Part shown: positions 52,079 through 59,959 of the stretch, one piece after another
Layout: each line of letters starts with the position of its first letter
Position numbering within the stretch: the first letter of the stretch is position 1
Source of the DNA: Alphaproteobacteria bacterium
Lineage (GTDB): Bacteria > Pseudomonadota > Alphaproteobacteria > JAUHZC01
NCBI GenBank assembly: GCA_030425805.1
Contig: JAUHZC010000002.1
Location: forward strand, 90,036 to 154,035
DNA: 64,000 nt
Direction: 5' to 3'
Made by a program: the position numbers and the translations under genes
Notes under the pieces: generated by a model
What the model was told of the DNA's origin: nothing
The model's input: only the letters and a program-made list of their open reading frames with translations
The model's database searches: none

Positions 52079-52990
52079 TTAGCTCTCTTTTTCACCTTTC
52101 ATCAAAAAGGCAAATTCACCGGTTTCTGGGTAGTCAACGAAAGGCTTAATACCCTCAACAAAAGCTTCTCGGGCTTTGATGGAATCCTTTTGGACCCCAT
52201 TCAAAAAGGCGACAGCTTTTTTCAAGAAAGCACCCCCATCTTTTGCAGGGTCTTTTAAGAATACGTAGAGTGATGTAATAAACTGAACTCCCATATCAAT
52301 CTGCCCATTTCGGAGCATCAGCATGTGGCGATCTTCACCCTTGTTATTTTTCCAAGCAAGATGGTTGTATGTATTCTTATCTTCATCTGAAGGCAATCCC
52401 TTCTGGATACGATAAACCTTTTTATCCATTCCAAAAGCTCTTGTTAAAATTCCTGCAACCCGCATCTCTTGCTTGGATGAGCGGAATCCAATAATAATTG
52501 ACTGCGCAAGCCCATCAACAATTTTCTTTTGGAAGGCATCCTTTTTAATTTCTGGATGAGCCTTGTAGAACTTTGCCTTCAAAGCTTTAACTTCTTTGGG
52601 AGGAATCGCACCCATAAGAAGGGCAAAAGGAGGAATCCCCTCTTTCTCAAAAAAGGCCATCACAGCCGGCATAATCACCTCTTGCATAGCTTTATCAGAT
52701 TTTTCCTGATTGTCTTTCATGAAAGCTTGGAATTCTGAATTTTTCCCGTGGGCAGACTTGATTCTTCCACTCAGTTTTGAAAGACGCTTTTTCTGCTTAT
52801 CACCAAGCTTTTTCAGAGAAAAAGAATATGTCTTTTCCGGTTTCACATCTGCATTTTTTTTCAGATCTTCAAGGGAAACTTCTGGGATTCCCTCTTCTTG
52901 CACTTTCACATCCTCAGTCTCCGCAAAACCCATTGCTGGGGAAAGAAACAACGAAAGTGAAAGTATATACTTTTTATAATCTTGAAACAT
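52079..52990 (-). CDS. Exported Lys-rich helical hypothetical protein
   Basis: Signal MFQDYKKYILSLSLFLSPAMGFA; AGGAG upstream. Confidence 0.75.
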   Translation of the reverse strand: MFQDYKKYILSLSLFLSPAMGFAETEDVKVQEEGIPEVSLEDLKKNADVKPEKTYSFSLKKLGDKQKKRLSKLSGRIKSAHGKNSEFQAFMKDNQEKSDKAMQEVIMPAVMAFFEKEGIPPFALLMGAIPPKEVKALKAKFYKAHPEIKKDAFQKKIVDGLAQSIIIGFRSSKQEMRVAGILTRAFGMDKKVYRIQKGLPSDEDKNTYNHLAWKNNKGEDRHMLMLRNGQIDMGVQFITSLYVFLKDPAKDGGAFLKKAVAFLNGVQKDSIKAREAFVEGIKPFVDYPETGEFAFLMKGEKES

Positions 52991-53102
52991 TGCCTTATCT
53001 CCTGCTTCCCCTATATTTTATTATTATGCATATAATTTAATGTTAATTATTACATAAAATTTGACATTAATTAAAAACAAAGAAATCAAGGCTATTCCCC
53101 AC

Positions 53103-53132
53103 AAAAAACCCTCTTAACTTGCGCTAAGAGGG
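53103..53132 (-). terminator. rpsU terminator
   Basis: ccctctta...taagaggg stem with a T tract on the minus strand. Confidence 0.8.
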
Positions 53133-53160
53133 CTCTTGAAATCTTCAAAATAAGAAACGA

Positions 53161-53364
53161 TTAATAACCGTCCTTTTCCATCCGCTTGCGGTTTAGCTTA
53201 CGGACGCGGCGGAGAGACTCCGCTTTCTCGCGAGCTTTACGCTCTGAAGGCTTTTCAAAATGACGCCGAAGCTTCATTTCACGAAAAACACCCTCGCGTT
53301 GAAGTTTTTTCTTCAACACGCGAAGCGCTTGCTCTACATTATTGTCGCGTACTGGCACTAGCAT
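53161..53364 (-). CDS. rpsU: 30S ribosomal protein S21
   Basis: [28 protein letters not shown]. Confidence 0.98.
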   Translation of the reverse strand: MLVPVRDNNVEQALRVLKKKLQREGVFREMKLRRHFEKPSERKAREKAESLRRVRKLNRKRMEKDGY

Positions 53365-53455
53365 GTGGCCATCAACCCCTTTCTAATGTTAGATTGTTTT
53401 TAACGACGTAACTAATATAATAACATATTTCTCGAAAAAAAAGAAGTATTTACCC

Positions 53456-54112
53456 ATGACATCAAAAAACACAGCTTCCTTTCCTTTTTCAAAAGCCGAT
53501 TTTCTTGCCAAAGTTCTCGAAATTACTGAAAATCAGGACTGGCGTGAAGATGTCATGGTTCAGGCCGCCACAACCCTGGGAGAGCCTGGACTCTACCATC
53601 ATTATTTCCCAAAAGGGATCGAGGATGTCATTTGGTATTACCATGATATCCTGAACACCCAAATGCTAGAGAAGATGGATCAAATCCCTTTTGATGCCCT
53701 GCGGACAACAGAAAAGGTTACGCTTTTAGCCCTCACCCGGATTCAGCTTCAAAAACAACATTGTCAGGCCAATAGAAAACTCCTGAAATATCTTGCCCAC
53801 CCAACCCGGGCACCCTTGGGGACACGGCTTGTGTTTAAAATGGCAAATACCATCTGGCGCCGGGCGGGAGATACCGCAACAGACCTCAACTACTATTCTA
53901 AGCGGGCTATCCTTGGTACCGTATACAGCACAAGCTTGGTCAAAAGCCTCCAGGGGGCTGAGGACAAGGCCGTCGAGGCTTTTTTCAAGGATCAGGTCCA
54001 GACTATCTTCAAAGTTACAGGCGTTGCAAAATCTATTGGTAGCACTGTAGAAAAAACCCTTACCTCAATCCCACACTGCCTCAGCCTCCTGCGAGAACGG
54101 TTTCGGGGGTGA
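53456..54112 (+). CDS. COQ9 family protein (divergent from rpsU)
   Basis: IWRRAGDTATDLNYYSKRAIL; divergent from rpsU. Confidence 0.9.
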   Translation: MTSKNTASFPFSKADFLAKVLEITENQDWREDVMVQAATTLGEPGLYHHYFPKGIEDVIWYYHDILNTQMLEKMDQIPFDALRTTEKVTLLALTRIQLQKQHCQANRKLLKYLAHPTRAPLGTRLVFKMANTIWRRAGDTATDLNYYSKRAILGTVYSTSLVKSLQGAEDKAVEAFFKDQVQTIFKVTGVAKSIGSTVEKTLTSIPHCLSLLRERFRG

Positions 54113-54205
54113 TTAAAATCAATTGAGGGGTTACCTTCATCTCTCCCTTGGAGAGAACCCCTTCACTCATGACGAACCTTCTCTTTCATGAAGCTGCATC
54201 ATTTT

Positions 54206-55693
54206 TTAAGATACTGCCTTTTCATCAGGGCCACATTCAGAAAGTTTTTTGAGTCTACGTAGGCTGCTTTGAACTTCCTCAATGACACGATCCCTGTGGG
54301 GATCAATGTCGTTCTGAATACCGAGAAGAAGCAGATTTAATTCTGAAAGATTTTCAATTGCCATCAGCGTCAAAGCATGGTGCCTTTTCTGGGAAACACC
54401 GACTTTACCAACTTTCTCAATAGCATGCACAACACTCACTGTACCTTTTGTTGATAAAAAAATACCATCTTCTTTTGTAGAGACCACCCAAAAGGTATCT
54501 GCGGCTATTCTTAAAAGCCTAATTCCCACCATGAGAACAGCAGGCATAGTTTGCGGCACATCACATACAGCATCTGCAAGGTGTTGGGCTGCAGTGTCTG
54601 CATAATGTTTTGGTGAATTCTTATGGGGAGATGAAATCTCCATATAGATACTAACTAGACTGCATAAGGCTTCTAAAGCTTGTTCTATTTGTTTTTCATC
54701 TGCGTTTTTGAGTCCAGTTTTGATGTAGTGCCGAAAACCCTCCAGTGTAGAGCTAATAACCTCATCTTCCATGGAGGCATCATCAAAAGCAGAACCTTTT
54801 TTATAAAAGGTATTCCCCCTTCCTGTTACGTAGTACCTGTTAATTTTTACTACTGTTTTCAGAGCACTGTAAGAAACTTCATAGTCCCCCTTTTCAGCTG
54901 AAACTCTAGCATAAAAAAAACCGTGATCAATAACACTGCAGATATCAGAAGACCTATCTTGGGTATCTCGGAAAAAGGCTGTCAAGCTTAGATCATCTCT
55001 AAGTTTTTTATCATCAATAACCTTTATTTCCTCATCTTCATTTTCATAAAGGAACCGCGCTCCTCTACCATGTATACACCAGGAATTTACTTTGTTCCGG
55101 CCATCCACCCGCATCAAATTCAGCTGTTTCATAGGGTTGATAAGTGATAATGCATGGCCATAAGCAAAAATCAGGAGAAGATTGATGGAAAAAAGCGTTG
55201 CTAAAAAAAATTTAGAAACTTCTACTATATTTCCTGCATTAACAACGACAGCTGAAAATGAAATTGATATCGAGCATATCATTGACAGCAAAAAGAGAAA
55301 TATCAAAAGATAATCACCCGTTACCTTTTTAAACATTCTATACGGCAGATTACAGTAGCTTTGCTGCGTAGAAAATATAAGAATTGCAAAAAAAATAGCT
55401 GTAAAACCTGTTAGGGTAGCCCCCATATTACTTAGGAAATTTTCAAAGCTTTCCAAACCATGCTTCTCTCTGGCAATAAAAACATCCATCTTGCAAGCAA
55501 TTAGGTATGAAAACAAACCAGTGTAAATAACAATCAATAACAAATTAAAAATCAAATACTTATAATAAAGAAATTTAATAGTTTTTTTATTGTTGAATAC
55601 ACAAAAAGAATTCCAAAATGAGGCAAATCCATATTTTATAGATCCCTTTATTCCCTTCAGCTTATTATCCTGATTATTATTTTGAAACAACAT
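54206..55693 (-). CDS. AT-rich membrane protein (about 4 N-terminal TMs plus helical domain), probably foreign
   Basis: 495-aa ORF, visibly AT-rich 5' half, hydrophobic N-terminal segments. Confidence 0.7.
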   Translation of the reverse strand: MLFQNNNQDNKLKGIKGSIKYGFASFWNSFCVFNNKKTIKFLYYKYLIFNLLLIVIYTGLFSYLIACKMDVFIAREKHGLESFENFLSNMGATLTGFTAIFFAILIFSTQQSYCNLPYRMFKKVTGDYLLIFLFLLSMICSISISFSAVVVNAGNIVEVSKFFLATLFSINLLLIFAYGHALSLINPMKQLNLMRVDGRNKVNSWCIHGRGARFLYENEDEEIKVIDDKKLRDDLSLTAFFRDTQDRSSDICSVIDHGFFYARVSAEKGDYEVSYSALKTVVKINRYYVTGRGNTFYKKGSAFDDASMEDEVISSTLEGFRHYIKTGLKNADEKQIEQALEALCSLVSIYMEISSPHKNSPKHYADTAAQHLADAVCDVPQTMPAVLMVGIRLLRIAADTFWVVSTKEDGIFLSTKGTVSVVHAIEKVGKVGVSQKRHHALTLMAIENLSELNLLLLGIQNDIDPHRDRVIEEVQSSLRRLKKLSECGPDEKAVS

Positions 55694-55853
55694 CTGATTT
55701 TGTTTCCCAGTATCAAGTATTTTTCTTGATAGAAAGTCTTGCAGACCCAGCCCTAAAACACAACAAAAAAGCCCTTGAAAAACAAATGTTTATATACACC
55801 CCCGAGAGGAATTTAAGTATTTTTAAAACACTCCCCCACCACAATCATGGCAC

Positions 55854-55879
55854 AAAAAAAAGGCCTGAGATCAGGCCTT
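55854..55879 (-). terminator. rpsT terminator
   Basis: aaggcctga-ga-tcaggcctt hairpin with a T tract on the minus strand. Confidence 0.85.
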
Positions 55880-55907
55880 GATTTTACAACTAAGAAACTA
55901 GGGAAGC

Positions 55908-56177
55908 TTAAGCTTTTGCCATCGCCTTGAGGCGAGCAGAAAGACGGGATGTCTTCCGAGCTGCTGTGTTCTTATGAATAATGCCTTTTGAAACACTCTT
56001 CATCAACGCAGACTCTGCTTCTTTCAAAGCAGACTGAGCAGCCTTTGCATCTGTTCCCAATAGAGCTTGCTCAGCTCTTTTTACGAAAGTCCGCATCTTG
56101 GAACGAAAAGTTTTGTTCCGCTCTGTGCGAACGATGGTTTGTTTTGCGCGTTTTTTCGCAGACTTAATATTAGCCAT
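55908..56177 (-). CDS. rpsT: 30S ribosomal protein S20
   Basis: MANIKSAKKR, KGIIHKNTAARK. Confidence 0.98.
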   Translation of the reverse strand: MANIKSAKKRAKQTIVRTERNKTFRSKMRTFVKRAEQALLGTDAKAAQSALKEAESALMKSVSKGIIHKNTAARKTSRLSARLKAMAKA

Positions 56178-56354
56178 GGGTACCCATAAATTAAAAAATC
56201 TATGATCTTTTACCTGTTTTCCCGACCATGGTCAACTGTTTCTTCAATAAATCCTCTTCGAGGCTAGATTTTTCGTAAAATAAAGTCGATTATTAAAAAT
56301 CGTATTAATTTTTAGTTAATGTCTAGAGGTTATGATGGGTTATAGGAGAGGTCT

Positions 56355-59300
56355 ATGGCCTGGAAAAGAGATGAATTGATAAATCTTCCCCTGAAACAGG
56401 GGCTTATGATTTCCGTAGCGTGGCTCGCACTTGAGCTCACAGCCCCTTCTCTCGCCTTTGCTGAAGATGATTCTGTCCGTGTCATTACCTACGAAGACCT
56501 TGTAAAAGCCGGGCAAGCAGGTCGGAATGTACGACCTGAGGCTAACCTTCGCGTCAAAAGTGAGGCCTCTACTCCTCCTGCTGCTGCAGCTGTACCACCC
56601 CCTAATATGCCGCCAGAGCCTTCAGCTCCCCCTTTCGAAGATGCAGCACCTCAACCTTCAGCTCCGCCTTTCGAAGATGCAGCGCCTCAATCTACAGCTC
56701 CGCCTGCTTATCCAGAAGCGCCTCCACCTGCCTATCCAGAGCCTCCAGCACCTTCAGCCCCACCAGCGTACCCAGAGCCTCCAGCGCCTTCAGCTCCACC
56801 GGCGTACCCAGCGTCACCAGGACAAGCCCCTCAAGGACTTTTCCAGGGTGTGGGACCTCAACAAGGTTCCTATCCAGGAGATCCTGCTCCGCAACAACCC
56901 CAAGGTCTTTTCCAGGGCACAAGTGCGGGTGGACAATTTGGAGCCCCCACCCCCGGAGCTTATCCAGGTGATCCGGTTGCCCCCAACCCTGTCCAGCAAG
57001 GTCTCTTTGCAGGAACAAACGCTGATCAAACTCAAAGCGGACCCCTATCAGGAGACGCTGGAGGTCAGTCTTCTGGGGCTGTAAACACCCAGAAGCTTTT
57101 CCAAGGCACAGGATTTGATCAAGGACCAGGAGGCTCTTCTGCTGGGGGAGCACCCGCTCCAAGCGCTCCTGATCCTATGCAGCAAGGTCTCTTTGCAGGA
57201 ACAGGTCTAGAACAAGCTGCTTCAGGTGGTGCTGCCGCGGCAGCAGGAGGATCTTCCTCAAGCGGAGGGGGGCTTGGGGCCCTCTTTTCCAAGCTGACGT
57301 CTTCTGATTTTGGTAAAGCTATTAAGAGCAAGCTCACAAGCACAGCCCAAGAACGCATCATCAGTGAGATTGAAAGTGGCATTGGCGCTTCTGGAGTCAA
57401 AGTGACTATGGATGGCCCAACTTTCTCGATGAATGGGAAAACTTACCGCGTTGATCCTGCAACTGGAAATGTCATTGACGTTGCAACAAATGAAACACTG
57501 ACACCTCTTGGGAATGGTCAATTCCAATCTGCAAGTGGAGAGACAATTACACCTCCTCCCCAAGCAGTTCAAGCAGCGGTTCAGCTCAAAGCTGCCATTC
57601 TGAAGCAGGCTGGAGCTATGTCTGGGCCAACATTCACAGCAAATGGAAAAACCTTCCGCATCGATCCAACAACAGGCAAAGCAATTGATATTTCCACAAA
57701 TGAAGAGTATGCCCCCACAGGAAATGGCTTCTTCATGAGCGAGACAACGGGTGCTGTTATCAAAGCTCCCGAGGAAGTGATTGCTGAAGCTGAAAAACTC
57801 AAGGCTGAGATTGAAACAGCCCAAGCTTCTCTTAGCTCCACAGGGCCTTCAGCAGGCGGCATGGCCCCTCCTGCACCAAGTGCACCGCCTTTTGAAAGCA
57901 ATGACGGTCAATCTATGGGTGGAGGAGGCGTACCTGTTCCTCCGGGCCCAACATTCACCACACCAGATGGCAGAACCCTACAAATCAACCCCCTCACTGG
58001 TGTTGCCACAGACCTCAGAACAGGTGAAACATTCAAGGCCATTGGGAATGGTCAATTCCAATCAACCAATGGGGAAACAGTACAAGCTCCCCCAGAGGTG
58101 ATTGAGGCCGCTAAACGGGCCCGGGCTCAAGCCAAGGCTGCACAACAAGCAGCCATGGGCGCAGGAGCAATGGGTGGAGGAGGCGCACCTGTTCCTCCGG
58201 GCCCAACATTCACCACACCAGATGGCAGAACCCTACAAATCAACCCCCTCACTGGCGTTGCCACAGACCTCAGGACGGGTGAAACATTCAAGGCCATTGG
58301 GAATGGTCAATTCCAATCAACCAATGGGGAAACAGTACAAGCTCCCCCAGAGGTGATTGAGGCAGCTAAACGGGCCCGGGCTCAAGCCAAGGCCGCCCAA
58401 CAAGCAGCCATGGGTGGCAGTGCGATGGGCGCAACACAACAAGCTGCCATGGGCGGAGGGGCTCAATCTATGGCAGGAGGTGCGGTGGGAGGAGTAGCGA
58501 TAGGCGGAGGTGCTCCAGGTCCAGCACCACAACCCCCTGCACAAATTTCTTCTAAACAAGCAAAAGAAATGCTTCTTCCCGTGTTTCAACAGGGACTAGA
58601 TCGTGCTTTGAGAGGTGAGCCTGTTGTTCCCCCTGCTGGCTTTGGTGGAGCTGCAGGCATGGGAGGTGGTCCAGGAGGCCCAGGTGCTCCGCCATCAATG
58701 AGTCCGGAAGAAGTAAAAGCAAAGCTAACACCGCTTCTTGTTGCTGGCCTTCTCCGCGTCCTCAGTGGGAAAGATCTTGTTCCACAACCCATGACTTACA
58801 AGACTGCCTCTGGACAAACTCTTGCTGTCAATGCTCTAGGCCAACCTATCGATCCAAACACAGGAAAACCTCTTGTTCCTGGCCCTGATGGCGTGTTGCG
58901 TACAGCTGATGGTGCCCCCGTTAACGCAACGGAAGGAGATGGTTTAAGCCAGGAAGAGCGCCGCCAAAGACTTTTGTCAGCCTTCAGAGAAGGGCTTCAA
59001 AGAATCATTGAAGGCAAGGATCTCGAGCCTGAAAAACCCTTTACTTTTGTTGATCCTGTCACTGGAAAAGAATTTCCAACAGATGCCCAAGGGCGTCCCC
59101 TTGACCCTCGCACAGGACAACCCCTTGCTCCAGGTCCCGATGGAAAAATTCGGACTTCTGATGGCCGCATTCTTGAGAAAAAGCAAAATGATGGATTGAG
59201 TAATGCAGAGCGGCTCCAAAAACTAAAAGGCGTCCTAGCAGATGCACTGGGTCGCCTTCTTCGCGGAGAATCAATGTACCCTCCCTCAGCTAGCGGCGTT

Positions 59301-59879
59301 GTCTACACAGATGCATCAGGAAAGCGGATTCCCGTAGACCAATTCGGCAACCCAATAGATCCTGTGACTGGAAAACCCCTTATTCCTGATGCAAAGGGTG
59401 TCTTGCGCACAAGTGATGGAAGGCCAGTTACAGCAACTGCAGATGATGGATTGAGTGAAGCTGCACGGAGTGAGAAGCTGGCAGGTGTCTTGAGAGAATA
59501 CCTTGAGCGTATTCTTGCAGGCGAAGATGTAGATATGACAGGAGAAGGTCCTAGCACCACAGCGGTCAGCAAAAAACTTCTTCCTGCCTTCACTGAAACA
59601 CTTCGACGCATCCTTGATGGCGAAGATGTAGACCTCTCGGCTCCTGCTATCGACCCAGTCACAGGAGCTCCTACTGGATCTGCAAGCGGTGCAGGAGGAG
59701 ATGCTTCAAAACCACTTCTCAAATCTGAAAAAGATGCTCTCTTAAAAGCTTTCCAAGACAAACTCCAGAGGATCTTTGATAGCGAAGCTGCAGAGCAAGA
59801 AGGCCTTGAAGAACAAATCGAGATGGCTATCGAACTCTTTATCAACAGACAGCCTGCTCGCTCCCTCCCAGAAGATTGA
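56355..59879 (+). CDS. Large exported multi-repeat Pro/Gly/Ala-rich protein
   Basis: AGGAGAGG RBS, signal-like segment ending SLAFA, several internal repeat classes. Confidence 0.85.
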   Translation: MAWKRDELINLPLKQGLMISVAWLALELTAPSLAFAEDDSVRVITYEDLVKAGQAGRNVRPEANLRVKSEASTPPAAAAVPPPNMPPEPSAPPFEDAAPQPSAPPFEDAAPQSTAPPAYPEAPPPAYPEPPAPSAPPAYPEPPAPSAPPAYPASPGQAPQGLFQGVGPQQGSYPGDPAPQQPQGLFQGTSAGGQFGAPTPGAYPGDPVAPNPVQQGLFAGTNADQTQSGPLSGDAGGQSSGAVNTQKLFQGTGFDQGPGGSSAGGAPAPSAPDPMQQGLFAGTGLEQAASGGAAAAAGGSSSSGGGLGALFSKLTSSDFGKAIKSKLTSTAQERIISEIESGIGASGVKVTMDGPTFSMNGKTYRVDPATGNVIDVATNETLTPLGNGQFQSASGETITPPPQAVQAAVQLKAAILKQAGAMSGPTFTANGKTFRIDPTTGKAIDISTNEEYAPTGNGFFMSETTGAVIKAPEEVIAEAEKLKAEIETAQASLSSTGPSAGGMAPPAPSAPPFESNDGQSMGGGGVPVPPGPTFTTPDGRTLQINPLTGVATDLRTGETFKAIGNGQFQSTNGETVQAPPEVIEAAKRARAQAKAAQQAAMGAGAMGGGGAPVPPGPTFTTPDGRTLQINPLTGVATDLRTGETFKAIGNGQFQSTNGETVQAPPEVIEAAKRARAQAKAAQQAAMGGSAMGATQQAAMGGGAQSMAGGAVGGVAIGGGAPGPAPQPPAQISSKQAKEMLLPVFQQGLDRALRGEPVVPPAGFGGAAGMGGGPGGPGAPPSMSPEEVKAKLTPLLVAGLLRVLSGKDLVPQPMTYKTASGQTLAVNALGQPIDPNTGKPLVPGPDGVLRTADGAPVNATEGDGLSQEERRQRLLSAFREGLQRIIEGKDLEPEKPFTFVDPVTGKEFPTDAQGRPLDPRTGQPLAPGPDGKIRTSDGRILEKKQNDGLSNAERLQKLKGVLADALGRLLRGESMYPPSASGVVYTDASGKRIPVDQFGNPIDPVTGKPLIPDAKGVLRTSDGRPVTATADDGLSEAARSEKLAGVLREYLERILAGEDVDMTGEGPSTTAVSKKLLPAFTETLRRILDGEDVDLSAPAIDPVTGAPTGSASGAGGDASKPLLKSEKDALLKAFQDKLQRIFDSEAAEQEGLEEQIEMAIELFINRQPARSLPED
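57915..58414 (+). repeat. Near-identical in-frame tandem duplication, 255-bp period
   Basis: 57915-58159 vs 58170-58414 (MGGGG.PVPPGPTFTTPDG...AQQAAMG). Confidence 0.95.
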
Positions 59880-59959
59880 TAATATCCAACCTGTTCAGCT
59901 CTAGATTTTAAAGGCAAAATGTGCCAGGATACTAGGAAGGTTTCGGGGTATCGCGGGCT

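Noticed and set aside
56600-58420. Possible CRISPR-like or non-coding repeat array
   Set aside because: Repeats are in frame, vary at synonymous sites and lack a repeat-spacer pattern; no cas genes
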